From positions 80,360-144,359 of the forward strand of contig JAJYHZ010000001.1 of NCBI GenBank assembly GCA_021796335.1: a stretch of 64,000 nt of DNA. The letters are read 5' to 3'. The DNA is from a bacterium (GTDB lineage: Bacteria > Patescibacteriota > Minisyncoccia > UBA6257 > UBA9933). A program made the position numbers and the translations under genes. Each line of letters begins with the position of its first letter. Position 1 is the first letter of the stretch. Positions 18,937 to 29,382 of this stretch are shown one piece after another. Under the pieces are notes generated by a model. That model was not told where the DNA came from and did not search any database. It saw nothing but the letters and a program-made list of their open reading frames with translations.

Positions 18937-21900
18937 ATGGATCTTAAATCAATAAAATTAAAAGTTGCATCGCCGGAAGAAATTCTGTCCTGGTCTCATG
19001 GAGAGGTTATCAAGCCAGAAACAATCAATTACAGGACTCAAAGGCCAGAAAAAGACGGATTATTTTCCGAACGAATTTTCGGGCCGACCAAAGACTTTGA
19101 ATGCTACTGCGGAAAATACAGAAGGGTTCGATACAAGGGTTTGGTTTGCGATCGTTGTGGAGTCGAAGTCACTCACTCCAGTGTTCGCCGTGAAAGAATG
19201 GGCCATATCAAACTGGCCGCCCCGGTTACTCACATTTGGTATTTAAAAGTTGTCCCCTCGAGAATTTCCCTATTTTTAGATATTCCGGTTCAGAAGCTTG
19301 AAAAAGTGGTTTATTACGCCGCTTACGTTGTTACTAATGTAAATGAAGAAGCCAGGAAAAGAGTTTTAAAAGAGCTGGACGAAGAATATAAAACCAAGAA
19401 AAAAGAAATCGGCGATGAAAAAGCTAAGATAAAAGAGCTTGATTCCCGGATGCATGAAATTAAAACTCTTTTAACTTCCTTAAAGGAAAATCAAATTTTG
19501 GGCGAAAGTGAATATTTCAGCCTCTCCCGCCGATTCGGCGACGTTTTTGAGGCTTCAAGCGGTGCCGAATCCGTCAAAAAGCTTTTGGAAAAAATCGATC
19601 TTAAGAAACTTTATGAATTAACTCAAAAAGAGCTGGAAGAAGTAGCTGATGAAACTAAAAAGCGAAAATTATTGCATCGCTTAAGGCTTTGCAGTTCGTT
19701 TATTAAAAATAAAATGCGTCCGGAATGGATGGTATTAGATGTTCTTCCGGTTTTGCCGCCCGAACTTCGCCCGATGGTTCCGTTAGATGGTGGGCGATAT
19801 GCCACATCCGATTTAAATGACTTATACAGAAGAGTAATCAACAGAAATAATCGGTTGAAAAAATTAATTGAATTAAGAGCTCCTGAAATCATCGTCAAAA
19901 ACGAAAAAAGAATGCTTCAGGAAGCGGTTGACGCTTTGATTGACAATTCATCCCGCGGAGCGGGAGCGGTTCAGCTTTCTTCACAAAAGAGGCCGCTTCG
20001 TTCATTGGCCGATGTATTAAAAGGAAAACAAGGACGATTTCGACAAAATCTTTTAGGTAAGCGCGTCGATTATTCCGGCCGATCCGTTATCGTTGTTGGT
20101 CCCGAACTTCAGCTCAATCAATGCGGTTTGCCGAAAAAAATGGCCTTGGAATTATTTAAGCCGTTTGTTATTAGTCGGATAATTCAGGATGGACTTGCTC
20201 ATACTATAAAAAATGCGACCCGTTTGATAGAACAAGCTCCTGCCGAAGTGTGGGCTATTCTGGAAGAAGTTATTCAGGACAAGAAAGTTCTTTTGAATCG
20301 CGCTCCGACTTTGCATCGGCTCGGTATTCAAGCATTTAGGCCGATTCTAATAGAAGAGTTGGCGATTAAGATTCCGCCGATGGTCTGTTCCGCTTTCAAT
20401 GCGGACTTTGATGGCGATCAAATGGCGGTTCACGTTCCGCTTTCCGAAGAAGCTCAAAACGAAGCGGAAGAACTTATGCTTTCCAGTCGCAATATCTTAA
20501 AACCGGCAGACGGCAATCCTATTGCGGTTCCGACGCAGGACATCGTTTTAGGCGCTTATTTCCTGACTAAGATTATCGACGATGCTAAAGGGGCCGGCAA
20601 AGCATATTCTTCAATCGATGAAGCGATGCTTGCTCATGCCTGGGAATTTGTCGATGTCAATGCTCCGATTAAAATAAAGTTGGAAAATCAGAAAGAATTA
20701 GTTGAAACCAGTATCGGCAGATTGATTTTTAATCAAGTTCTTCCAGATGAAATCGGTTTTGTGAATGATGTCATGAACAAAAAAAATCTGCAGAAACTGG
20801 TTGCCAGGATAATTTCCGAATTCGGAACGAATAATACCTGGAAAATTCTCGACGCCATTAAAACATTGGGATTCAGATATTCTACCATCTCAGGTATCAG
20901 TTTCAGCATGGGCGATTTGGTCTTGCCGAAAGAGAAGAAAGAAATCGTTGCCGAAGCCGAAAAAGAAATTGCGACAATCGAACAGCAGTTTGAAGAGGGT
21001 TTATTGACTGATGCGGAGCGAAGACAAAAGGTAATTCTTGTTTGGGAAAAAACAAAAGAAAACATCGCAAAATTCGTCCCAGGCGCCTTGAAAACAACGG
21101 GCAAGTTTAATTCTGCTTTGGATATCATCGAATCGGGAGCACGCGGTTCCTGGACTCAGGCCGTTCAGATTTTGGGCATGAAGGGTTTGGTGCAGAACCC
21201 TCGCGGCGAGACCATCGAAATTCCGGTCAAGTCTTCTTATAAAGAAGGCATGAGTGTTTTGGAATTCTTTATCGATACTCATAGCGCTAGAAAAGGTCTG
21301 ACCGATACCGCTCTAAAAACCGCGTCCGCCGGCTATTTAACTAGAAGATTGGTTGATGTCGCTCAAGACATTATTATCCGCGAAGACGACTGCCATACAA
21401 CCGAAGGGATTGAAGTTTACCGTGCTGACGGCGACGAATACGGCTATCAATTCGCCACTAGAATTTACAGTCGTACCGCTGCCGAAGATGTTAAAGCTGG
21501 CAATAAAATTTTGGCGAGAGCCGGAGAATTGATTGACAAAGAAAGCGCTGAAGCAATCGGTAAAGAACCAAAAATTGACATGATTAAAGTCCGTTCGCCG
21601 TTGCGTTGCAAAACCTTATACGGAGTCTGCTCGAAATGTTATGGCCTTGATTTGGGACGGGGCAATTTAATCAAAACTGGCGAAGCTGTTGGCGTTGTCG
21701 CTGCCCAGTCTATAGGCGAACCGGGAACTCAGCTCACTCTGAGAACCTTCCATCAGGGCGGTATTGCTGGCGTCGATATCACGCACGGTTTGCCGCGTGT
21801 TGAAGAAATATTCGAAACCCGGACCCCGAAGGGTAAGGCGATTTTAGCCGAAGATGACGGAGTTATTGAAGACATCGAAGAAAAAGATAACTTGAAAATC

Positions 21901-22530
21901 ATTAAGCTCAAAGTCCAAAAAAACAAGAAAGCTAAAATAATTGAGTATATTATTTCGCGCAGCATCAGGATTTTCGTAAAAATTAACGATAAAGTTTCCA
22001 AGGGAGATCAGCTTTGCGAGGGAAGTCTCGACCTTTACGAATTATTCGAATACCGCGGCAAAGAAGCTGTTGAAAGATATGCGATTAATGAAATTCAAAA
22101 AATTTACGTTCCGGAAGGAAATACAATTAACGACAAACATATTGAAATTATAGTAAGGCAGATGTTTTCCAGGGTTATCGTTAAAGATGCGGGGGATACC
22201 GAATTTGTCGTCGGAGAAGTTCTTGAAAAATCAAAATTCCTTGAAGTAAACCGCCGGATTAAATCTCAAGGCAAGAGACCGGCAAAAGCGAAACAGCTTT
22301 TGGTAGGAATTACCCGTGCTTCTCTTTCGACGGAAAGCTTCTTGTCGTCGGCGTCTTTCCAGGAAACCAATCGTGTTTTGGTCAGTGCGGCTACCGAAGG
22401 GAAAGAAGATCAACTTCGCGGACTCAAAGAAAACGTTATTATCGGCAAATTGATTCCTGCCGGAACCGGCTATGGCGAATCAAGATATGTCGATATTAAG
22501 GGAGAAGATACTGATGAATCCGGCGAGTAA
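18937..22530 (+). CDS. rpoC: RNA polymerase beta-prime subunit
   Basis: [12 protein letters not shown] catalytic motif; N-terminal Zn finger. Confidence 0.99.
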   Translation: MDLKSIKLKVASPEEILSWSHGEVIKPETINYRTQRPEKDGLFSERIFGPTKDFECYCGKYRRVRYKGLVCDRCGVEVTHSSVRRERMGHIKLAAPVTHIWYLKVVPSRISLFLDIPVQKLEKVVYYAAYVVTNVNEEARKRVLKELDEEYKTKKKEIGDEKAKIKELDSRMHEIKTLLTSLKENQILGESEYFSLSRRFGDVFEASSGAESVKKLLEKIDLKKLYELTQKELEEVADETKKRKLLHRLRLCSSFIKNKMRPEWMVLDVLPVLPPELRPMVPLDGGRYATSDLNDLYRRVINRNNRLKKLIELRAPEIIVKNEKRMLQEAVDALIDNSSRGAGAVQLSSQKRPLRSLADVLKGKQGRFRQNLLGKRVDYSGRSVIVVGPELQLNQCGLPKKMALELFKPFVISRIIQDGLAHTIKNATRLIEQAPAEVWAILEEVIQDKKVLLNRAPTLHRLGIQAFRPILIEELAIKIPPMVCSAFNADFDGDQMAVHVPLSEEAQNEAEELMLSSRNILKPADGNPIAVPTQDIVLGAYFLTKIIDDAKGAGKAYSSIDEAMLAHAWEFVDVNAPIKIKLENQKELVETSIGRLIFNQVLPDEIGFVNDVMNKKNLQKLVARIISEFGTNNTWKILDAIKTLGFRYSTISGISFSMGDLVLPKEKKEIVAEAEKEIATIEQQFEEGLLTDAERRQKVILVWEKTKENIAKFVPGALKTTGKFNSALDIIESGARGSWTQAVQILGMKGLVQNPRGETIEIPVKSSYKEGMSVLEFFIDTHSARKGLTDTALKTASAGYLTRRLVDVAQDIIIREDDCHTTEGIEVYRADGDEYGYQFATRIYSRTAAEDVKAGNKILARAGELIDKESAEAIGKEPKIDMIKVRSPLRCKTLYGVCSKCYGLDLGRGNLIKTGEAVGVVAAQSIGEPGTQLTLRTFHQGGIAGVDITHGLPRVEEIFETRTPKGKAILAEDDGVIEDIEEKDNLKIIKLKVQKNKKAKIIEYIISRSIRIFVKINDKVSKGDQLCEGSLDLYELFEYRGKEAVERYAINEIQKIYVPEGNTINDKHIEIIVRQMFSRVIVKDAGDTEFVVGEVLEKSKFLEVNRRIKSQGKRPAKAKQLLVGITRASLSTESFLSSASFQETNRVLVSAATEGKEDQLRGLKENVIIGKLIPAGTGYGESRYVDIKGEDTDESGE

Positions 22531-22646
22531 ATGATATTAAATCGGTTCTTTGGCGGATTTTTGAACAGAAGACTTAATTACCGGATGATTCGAAAATCTA
22601 TCGCAGGGTTGACTCAGTATTAAATTTTTAGTAAAAATAAAACACG

Positions 22647-23084
22647 ATGGATAAGGAAAAAAACGAAAAAAATTACGAAATAGGATATTTAGCTAGAAAC
22701 GAACACGACGCCGCCGAAATTAAAAATCTTTTAAGCGGTTATAAGGCTGTTATTCTTCAAGATGAGCCTGCCAAGAAAATAAAATTGGCCTATCCCATTA
22801 AAAAAGAATTATACGCCCATTTCGGTTTTATTTGGTTTTCGATGGATGCTGCGATGGTCAACGAATTCAGCAAGCAATTAAAACTGAATTCCAAGATTTT
22901 GCGGTTTATCGTCATTAATTTGACCAAAGAAATGCAGATTGATAGGTCTACGGAAAAGAAAAATGGAAGGCCGATCACGGGCAAGCCGAAAATAAAATCC
23001 GCGGAATCGCCTAAAAAACAGGGCAATTTCGAATTGATTAATAACGAATTATTGGAGAAAAAATTGGAAGAAATCCTAAAATAA
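22647..23084 (+). CDS. rpsF: 30S ribosomal protein S6
   Basis: YEIGYL, LAYPIKK and ILRF motifs; rpsF-ssb-rpsR synteny. Confidence 0.9.
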   Translation: MDKEKNEKNYEIGYLARNEHDAAEIKNLLSGYKAVILQDEPAKKIKLAYPIKKELYAHFGFIWFSMDAAMVNEFSKQLKLNSKILRFIVINLTKEMQIDRSTEKKNGRPITGKPKIKSAESPKKQGNFELINNELLEKKLEEILK

Positions 23085-23159
23085 TCCCAATCTGCTAATT
23101 TTATCCGAATGATACGAATTCTGATTTGTAGCTTCGGATACTATTCATTGATTTGGATT
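23083..23159 (+). repeat. dispersed intergenic repeat (inverted partner at 23924-23980)
   Basis: aatcccaatctgctaattttatccgaatg nearly matches the reverse complement of 23953-23980. Confidence 0.7.
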
Positions 23160-23166
23160 ATATAAT

Positions 23167-23619
23167 ATGAATCTAAACAAAGTGTTTATTTTAGGAAGAG
23201 TTACGGCGGATCCCCAGGTGAGAAGCACGCCGACGGGGCAGCAAGTGGCCAATTTCAGTATTGCGACTAATCGTGTTTGGAATGATCGCAGCGGATCCCG
23301 TCAGGAAGAAACCGAATATCACAACGTCGTTGTTTGGGGGAGACAGGCTGAAATTGCATCTCAATTTTTGTCAAAAGGTAGTCTTATTCTAGTTGAAGGA
23401 AGATTAAAAACAAGATCATGGGAAAATCAGCAGGGGCAAAAGCAAAAAACCACCGAAATAATTTGCGAGAGACTGCAGCTGGGACCGCGCTCCGCTTCCG
23501 CGGGATTTGCGAAAGACAAACAGCCGATCGATCAGACCGGCATTTCCCCAAAAGAAGAAGCTCTTCCGGAAATAAATATTGATGACGAAGAAATTAAACC
23601 GGAAGATTTGCCTTTTTAA
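23167..23619 (+). CDS. ssb: single-stranded DNA-binding protein
   Basis: LNKVFILGR OB fold; acidic DLPF tail. Confidence 0.97.
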   Translation: MNLNKVFILGRVTADPQVRSTPTGQQVANFSIATNRVWNDRSGSRQEETEYHNVVVWGRQAEIASQFLSKGSLILVEGRLKTRSWENQQGQKQKTTEIICERLQLGPRSASAGFAKDKQPIDQTGISPKEEALPEINIDDEEIKPEDLPF

Positions 23620-23623
23620 AAAT

Positions 23624-23713
23624 CAGAATTTAGAATATAGAATTTAGAATATAGGGATTAATTATATTAATTTATTTCTCCTAAATCCTAAATCCTAAAT
23701 CCTAAATCCTAAA
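23624..23713. repeat. heptamer tandem repeats (AGAATWT)n and (CCTAAAT)x5
   Basis: visible directly in the ssb-rpsR spacer. Confidence 0.85.
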
Positions 23714-23716
23714 CAA

Positions 23717-23917
23717 ATGCAGCAATGTTTTTTCTGTTCCCAAAATTTAAAATATATCGACTATAAAGATGTTGACTTATTGAAGCGCTTCGTATCCTCT
23801 CAGGGCAAAATTATTGATCCCAGACATACAAGCACCTGTTCAAAGCATCAAAGAATGCTCGCAACCGCCGTTAAACGGTCCCGCATTATGGGCCTCCTTC
23901 CATTTGTCAGAAAATAA
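23717..23917 (+). CDS. rpsR: 30S ribosomal protein S18 (Zn-binding form)
   Basis: CFFC..IDYKD..LLKRF..GKI..C.KHQR motifs. Confidence 0.96.
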   Translation: MQQCFFCSQNLKYIDYKDVDLLKRFVSSQGKIIDPRHTSTCSKHQRMLATAVKRSRIMGLLPFVRK

Positions 23918-23923
23918 AAACGC

Positions 23924-23980
23924 AATCCAAATCTACGATTTTATATTCGGAACATTCGGATAAATTAGTAGATTGGGATT
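23924..23980 (-). repeat. dispersed intergenic repeat, inverted copy
   Basis: reverse complement aligns to 23083-23159. Confidence 0.7.
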
Positions 23981-24887
23981 ATTTAAGTTGACTTTATATA
24001 CCCAAAAAGATTCTAATATCCGAAAAACCTGGTTCTTGGTTTCAATTTTTTTGATTGTCGTAATCGGAATCGGCTGGCTATTTGCTCAAATCTATAATAG
24101 CCCGGGCATTTTATATTTTGCCGTTATTTTCAGCATAATAATGAATTTTATTTCATATTGGTATTCCGACAAGATTGTTTTGAAATTGAATCGCGCAATT
24201 CCGCTTGAGAAAAAAGACAATCCCGACTTATATAATATCGTTGAAAACTTATCCATAACCGCCGGTTTGCCGACGCCGAAAATTTATTTAGTCCAAGAAG
24301 CTCAGCCGAACGCGTTTGCCACCGGTCGTGACCCGAAACATGCGGTTGTAGCCGTTACATCCGGTTTATTGCAAAGATTAAATAAAACCGAACTTGAGGG
24401 CGTACTCAGCCATGAACTTTCTCATATAGGTAATCGCGATATTTTATTGTCCAGCGTTATCGTGGTTTTAGTAGGCTTTATCGCCATCCTTTCCGATATA
24501 TTTCTGCGCTCGACTTTCTGGGGCGGACTCGGGAGGCGGGATGATCGCAACAATACCGGCGGACTTTTTATTTTAATCGGTCTAGTTTTAGCGATTTTAG
24601 CTCCAATTGCGGCAACTCTAATCCAACTGGCGATTTCTAGAAAAAGGGAGTTCTTAGCGGACGCTTCCGGAGCTCTTTTAACGCGTTATCCAGAAGGTCT
24701 TATAAGCGCTTTAGAAAAAATTTCTGCAGCCGATATTCCGATGTCCGTTGCTAACAACAGCACCAGTCATCTGTGGCTTGATAATCCTTTTAAGGGGCAG
24801 AAAAAAGCTTCCTGGATTTCTAAATTATTCATGACTCATCCGCCTATAGAGGATCGCATAAAAGCTCTGGAAGGATTAAAAGTGTAA
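23973..24887 (+). CDS. htpX: M48 membrane zinc protease HtpX
   Basis: PNAFATG, HELSH, SRKREFLAD and THPP motifs; start may be TTG 23988. Confidence 0.95.
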   Translation: MGLFKLTLYTQKDSNIRKTWFLVSIFLIVVIGIGWLFAQIYNSPGILYFAVIFSIIMNFISYWYSDKIVLKLNRAIPLEKKDNPDLYNIVENLSITAGLPTPKIYLVQEAQPNAFATGRDPKHAVVAVTSGLLQRLNKTELEGVLSHELSHIGNRDILLSSVIVVLVGFIAILSDIFLRSTFWGGLGRRDDRNNTGGLFILIGLVLAILAPIAATLIQLAISRKREFLADASGALLTRYPEGLISALEKISAADIPMSVANNSTSHLWLDNPFKGQKKASWISKLFMTHPPIEDRIKALEGLKV

Positions 24888-24964
24888 AAATTTCCACTAA
24901 TAAAAACCTTGCATATAGTTGCAAGGTTTGTCAATTTTATGTATGATTGTTCCAATAAATTTTT

Positions 24965-25597
24965 ATGAAAAGCCAATCGGAATCACATAATTTGAAAATG
25001 GAAATCATAAGATTGCGGAAATTATTATCCGAACAAGAAAAAGAAATCGTCGCTTTGCGTCTTATCGCCGATTATGATTTTTTAACCGGTCTTTATAATC
25101 GTCAGGGATTTGTGAGAGAAGCTGAAAAATTCTTAAATTCTCTTAAAACTGCGCATAGGATCAGGCGCAAACACGGCGTTTTCAATAATATTTCTTTTAT
25201 TTTCATAGACTTGGATGATTTGAAAACTGTCAATGATTTGTACGGCCATAAATACGGCGACCAGATGATTAAAATGTCCGCCGAAGTTTTTAAAAGCAAC
25301 TTAAGAGACCTGGACGTAATCGGCCGTTGGGGCGGCGACGAATTTATAATCGCTTTGATTGACGCCGAAGAAGAAGACGCCGTTAAAATCGCCAGAAAAA
25401 TCCAGTCAAAATTATCTGAAATACGCATCAAATCAATCAAACAAAAAATTACCGCTAGTTTCGGAATTATTTCGGTTAAAAGCAAATATAGGAAAGATAT
25501 TTACAACCTCTATGAATTAATTGAAAAAGCCGACATGGCCATGTATGTTGCCAAAAAAGAAAATAAAAAGAATTGCGTTACTTCCTTTAATCAATAA
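24965..25597 (+). CDS. diguanylate cyclase (stand-alone GGDEF domain)
   Basis: DFLTGLYNR, DLD.LK.VND.YGH..GD, RDLD I-site and RWGGDEF motifs. Confidence 0.92.
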   Translation: MKSQSESHNLKMEIIRLRKLLSEQEKEIVALRLIADYDFLTGLYNRQGFVREAEKFLNSLKTAHRIRRKHGVFNNISFIFIDLDDLKTVNDLYGHKYGDQMIKMSAEVFKSNLRDLDVIGRWGGDEFIIALIDAEEEDAVKIARKIQSKLSEIRIKSIKQKITASFGIISVKSKYRKDIYNLYELIEKADMAMYVAKKENKKNCVTSFNQ

Positions 25598-25604
25598 ATA
25601 AAAT

Positions 25605-25784
25605 ATGGAACAAATATTTAAAGAAAAACCAGATGGAATAGAAAAAGAATTTGAAGAAATCGCTAAAGAAAAAGTCATGAATGATCCGCTTTACGATGAT
25701 TTGACGCAAGAGCAAAAAGAACAATTGATTCAAGGTGAATTGGCAAAAATAAAAGAACTCCGGAAGAAGACAAAGGATAATTAA
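25605..25784 (+). CDS. small hypothetical protein (59 aa)
   Basis: ATG 7 nt after the GGDEF stop; MEQIFKEKPDG...KTKDN; below the ORF-track cutoff. Confidence 0.55.
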   Translation: MEQIFKEKPDGIEKEFEEIAKEKVMNDPLYDDLTQEQKEQLIQGELAKIKELRKKTKDN

Positions 25785-25874
25785 ACCCATTAAAGAATAA
25801 TAGCTCCCCGGGGGGCTTCACCCCTCCTTTTCATTGCAAATAAGCCCCTTCTAAATTAGAATAAAATTGCATTT

Positions 25875-25964
25875 GGAGGCGTCGCATAGTGGCCGAGTGC
25901 GCTCGCTTGGAAAGCGGGTAAGGGGTAAAACCCTTCGTGAGTTCGAATCTCACCGCCTCCGCCA
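25875..25964 (+). tRNA. tRNA-Ser(GGA)
   Basis: cloverleaf with long variable arm; anticodon GGA; ends GCCA. Confidence 0.96.
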
Positions 25965-27461
25965 AGTTTTACATTCAGCGAAATTGAAAGATGTTGCCTC
26001 GGCGCAAAGCGCCTCGGCATGGTATTTTTCCGCAATTTTGAAGGCATTTTTGAAATCCAAAACCAAAGTGCGGTCGGCAATGCGGAAGTTCGAACCAATC
26101 TTTTTGAGAAAATCCCGAATCCTTTCGGGATTTTCTTGTTGAGCGTATTTTTCGGCTTGGTTGGCATCTTTTAGAAAGGCAATGGCAAGTTCGAACCGAT
26201 TATTGCTCTTGCGCCCAAAAGCGGTAATTTTTTCTTCCAAATTTTTTTTGGCGAGAATGAGCTTGTGCTTTTTAGCGGTATATTCCGCTTGCGACAAGTT
26301 GCCGTCCAGTTGTAAATCAAGCAAGCGATCAAGTTTTGTTTCTATTTCTACAAGCTCATTTCTCGCTTTTTGGGCGAAAGAGCTTTCCGCTTGGGCAATT
26401 TTCATTTTTTCGTTTTCAAAATAGTTGATTGAAGCGTTTGCCCAAGCGGAAGACAAAGAAACTTTTTTGATTTCCTCTTTTATTTGAGAAGTGATGGCGT
26501 CCTCTCTCACATATCTCTGCGAACAAGGATTCTTCCGTTTGGTACACCGCAAGTAGTTATGACCTTTTTGCGTTTCGGTGGTAATGAAACAACCACATTC
26601 TCCACAACGGAAAAATCCTCTAAAAATGTATGGTTTGAGTTTTGGCGATTTCGGTTTGCTCTTGTTCGCCATTACTTCTTGAACGGAATCAAAAAGTTTC
26701 TTTGTGATAATCGGTTCATGCTTTCCGTCATACAATTCGCCGTTATATTCAATCATTCCGTAATAGATTTTATTCTTGAGCATATACTGATAATTTGAGA
26801 CGGAAAGCATTTTGCCTTTCTTGCCAACCAAGCCCAAGGAATTGATAATCTTTCGGATTTGAGCGAGGGGGTATTCGCCAGTCGCATACATTTCAAAAGC
26901 CCGCTTGATATACTTTGCTTTTTCCTTATCAACAATAATTTTTCTTTGGTTTTTATCGTTCACATAACCCAGTGGCGCCCAAGCGGGCCATATTCCATTT
27001 CGCAATTTCTGGCGAATACCCCTCTTTATATTTTCCGAAAGATTATCCACATAATATTTTGATTGCCCAAAAGCGATAGACAACATAAATTTTCCTTGCG
27101 GTGTCGGATCAAACCAAAAAGTAGGAAATTTTAGCGTGGTTATTTTTCCAGTATCCACCAAGTAAATTATTCTCCCGCCGTCTATGGAATTGCGAGCCAA
27201 TCTATCGGGGTGCCACGCTAAAATTCCCTCGGCTTCATTTTTCTCTATGCTTGCCACCATTTCGTTAAAAATCTCTCGCCCCGGCTCTTTGGCGGTTTTA
27301 CTTTCCACAAATTCACGGACGATATTTAGTCCCTCTTTTTTGGCATATTCCCGCAACTCAAACATTTGTGCCTCAATACTCAAAACCTGCCTTTCGGGTT
27401 CGTCCGTGGATTTGCGGGCATAGAGAAAAATCTTTTTGGTTTGTAAATTTATATTATCCAT
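25950..27461 (-). CDS. large serine recombinase (resolvase, recombinase and Zn-ribbon domains)
   Basis: YARKST catalytic Ser, DRLAR, CGECG..YLRC Zn ribbon, coiled coil; stop codon lies inside tRNA-Ser. Confidence 0.96.
   Translation of the reverse strand: MDNINLQTKKIFLYARKSTDEPERQVLSIEAQMFELREYAKKEGLNIVREFVESKTAKEPGREIFNEMVASIEKNEAEGILAWHPDRLARNSIDGGRIIYLVDTGKITTLKFPTFWFDPTPQGKFMLSIAFGQSKYYVDNLSENIKRGIRQKLRNGIWPAWAPLGYVNDKNQRKIIVDKEKAKYIKRAFEMYATGEYPLAQIRKIINSLGLVGKKGKMLSVSNYQYMLKNKIYYGMIEYNGELYDGKHEPIITKKLFDSVQEVMANKSKPKSPKLKPYIFRGFFRCGECGCFITTETQKGHNYLRCTKRKNPCSQRYVREDAITSQIKEEIKKVSLSSAWANASINYFENEKMKIAQAESSFAQKARNELVEIETKLDRLLDLQLDGNLSQAEYTAKKHKLILAKKNLEEKITAFGRKSNNRFELAIAFLKDANQAEKYAQQENPERIRDFLKKIGSNFRIADRTLVLDFKNAFKIAEKYHAEALCAEATSFNFAECKTWRRR
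25959..26091 (-). repeat. repeat A copy 1 (recombinase 3' end, attL arm)
   Basis: exact reverse complement of 27577-27709. Confidence 0.95.
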
Positions 27462-27576
27462 ATTGTTTTGAAATTAGTTTTTGGGCAATCAAAGAAAAAT
27501 ACGCTCAACCTTTCGCCAAGGGCGAAAGAAAAAAGATTGGTTCTGAAAACTTCGTTTTCTCTGCACTGTCGTGCAG

Positions 27577-27865
27577 GAACTTCCGCATTGCCGACCGCAC
27601 TTTGGTTTTGGATTTCAAAAATGCCTTCAAAATTGCGGAAAAATACCATGCCGAGGCGCTTTGCGCCGAGGCAACATCTTTCAATTTCGCTGAATGTAAA
27701 ACTTGGCGGTGTTTTTTGGACGAAGTTCGAACATTTTTTGAGCAAAACTCCGAATGATTGCGCGCTTCGCGCGCAAAACCGAAACGCTCGGGCGGGTAAA
27801 AAGGAAGGGGGTTGGGGGGAAGGAATTTTTGCCCGCCCTCGCTTTCCGCCGCCGCCGAATTTCGT
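27577..27865 (+). repeat. A+B junction, intact attP-like site in inverted orientation
   Basis: A (27577-27709) and B (27703-27865) overlap at TTGGCGG; encodes alternative C-terminus WRCFLDEVRTFFEQNSE*. Confidence 0.9.
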
Positions 27866-28038
27866 ATTTTGCTTTGCAAAATGCGCCGCCAAAATTGGAG
27901 TTGTGTTTGCCCCGCCCGCCCGTGCGCACACAACATTTTTTCTCCCTTTGTTTTGCTTGCTAAACATCATTTTATTTGGTAGTATAAAAATACAGATAAT
28001 AACCTTGTATACTACAATACTACCAAAACTTTATTTAT

Positions 28039-28245
28039 ATGACAAGTGGAAAAACAATAAGTGAAAATATAAAAAGATTACGCAATAAACTTGGTCTAAC
28101 GCAAGACGATTTAGCCAAGAAAGCGGATATTAAATACACTACGCTTATGAAGGTCGAAAGTGGAACAGTTAATAAGCCGAGCGTTCAAACTATGGCGAAT
28201 ATCGCCAAAGCGTTGGGCGTTTCGATTGAGGATTTAATAAAATAA
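28039..28245 (+). CDS. XRE-family HTH transcriptional regulator
   Basis: IKRLR..LTQDDLA..VESG..PS..IAKALGV pattern. Confidence 0.92.
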   Translation: MTSGKTISENIKRLRNKLGLTQDDLAKKADIKYTTLMKVESGTVNKPSVQTMANIAKALGVSIEDLIK

Positions 28246-28249
28246 AACT

Positions 28250-28660
28250 ATGGAAAACGAAACAAACAATAAGGCACACGATTTTATTAAAGGAGAAGTT
28301 TTGAAAATGGAGCGCAATTCATTTTTCGTGCGCATGATTGCTGCCGCTTTAGCTTATGCGGGTATAAGCTATTGGCTTAATGCAATTCGTGCCGATGCAT
28401 CTTTGTGGTTTGTTTGGGTTTTGATCATTATTCAATTTGCCCTGTATTTTTCTATTTTTATTATGGGTTATAGGCGTGCAATAGTTTCAGGATTCAACAA
28501 AAATTTGAGTTTAATAGTTTTTATAGCTCTTGCCATTCTTGGAAGAGTAAATGATTGGGAATTGGCGGTTATTCCTCTAACAGTTATCATAATGCTAATT
28601 ATTTCGGCAAAAGCTAAAAATGTTTCTGATAACAGCAAACATTTATTACCACAAAAATAA
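28250..28660 (+). CDS. membrane protein (about 4 TM)
   Basis: hydrophobic helices; in operon with the XRE gene. Confidence 0.7.
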   Translation: MENETNNKAHDFIKGEVLKMERNSFFVRMIAAALAYAGISYWLNAIRADASLWFVWVLIIIQFALYFSIFIMGYRRAIVSGFNKNLSLIVFIALAILGRVNDWELAVIPLTVIIMLIISAKAKNVSDNSKHLLPQK

Positions 28661-28671
28661 TTTTAAAAAAT

Positions 28672-29382
28672 ATGGGAATTTTTAATTGGTTGTCTAGCAA
28701 TAAAACACAATCCACTAATAAGGACAAAATTACCGCCAAGCAAGTTTTAGATTTTTCTAAAACTTACGAGGAATTAAAACCATATTTTGCTCTCTTTGTG
28801 CATTTCTTTAAATCTATATTGGATAGTGAAAATGAAATTGAGCAGGCGGTAAAAGAAATTCAGTCCAAAACACAGCAAAATCTAAAAGAAGACCAGTTAT
28901 TCAAGGAGTTATGGATTTTACGCTATGTTTGTTTGCATATATGGTTTTTCGATCTCAAACCACCAAAAAATAAAACAGAATTATCCGATGAACTTTTGGT
29001 TATCAATAGCGCGCTTAAAAGTGTTTTGAAAGAAAAGAATAAATTAGATTATTTACCTTGGCTTAAAAATGGTCTGCCTGAATTTGCTGACGGTGAATTA
29101 AACTTTAATAGTCTGAAAAATTTTAGAAAAAATTTTTCAGACAAACTGACAGATAAAATCCCGCATATTGCGTTTGATTGCACAGAGGGGCGATTGGGCG
29201 GAGAATTACACGATTTTGTTATTGAGTTGGTCATGACAACAATTCAAGAAGATCAAAAAGTTTTCAGTATGAGCGATAATAAGACACTAACAGAGGAAGA
29301 AACAAAAAATATCAAAAATGTAATTGCAGAAATGAGCGACGCTAGACATAAAGCGGCGGAAGATTTTATAAATTCTCTATGA
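28672..29382 (+). CDS. hypothetical protein
   Basis: 236-aa ORF with operon-like spacing. Confidence 0.75.
   Translation: MGIFNWLSSNKTQSTNKDKITAKQVLDFSKTYEELKPYFALFVHFFKSILDSENEIEQAVKEIQSKTQQNLKEDQLFKELWILRYVCLHIWFFDLKPPKNKTELSDELLVINSALKSVLKEKNKLDYLPWLKNGLPEFADGELNFNSLKNFRKNFSDKLTDKIPHIAFDCTEGRLGGELHDFVIELVMTTIQEDQKVFSMSDNKTLTEEETKNIKNVIAEMSDARHKAAEDFINSL

Noticed and set aside
23624-23713. Tandem repeats as a CRISPR array
   Set aside because: 7-bp units without spacers; no cas genes or repeat-spacer arrays anywhere in the window
27368-28064. Several overlapping ORFs (129-198 aa) over the A-B junction, and similar ORFs at 25856-26167, 29794-30078 and 30543-31020
   Set aside because: Shadows of GC-rich repeats; only the recombinase-frame tail is meaningful
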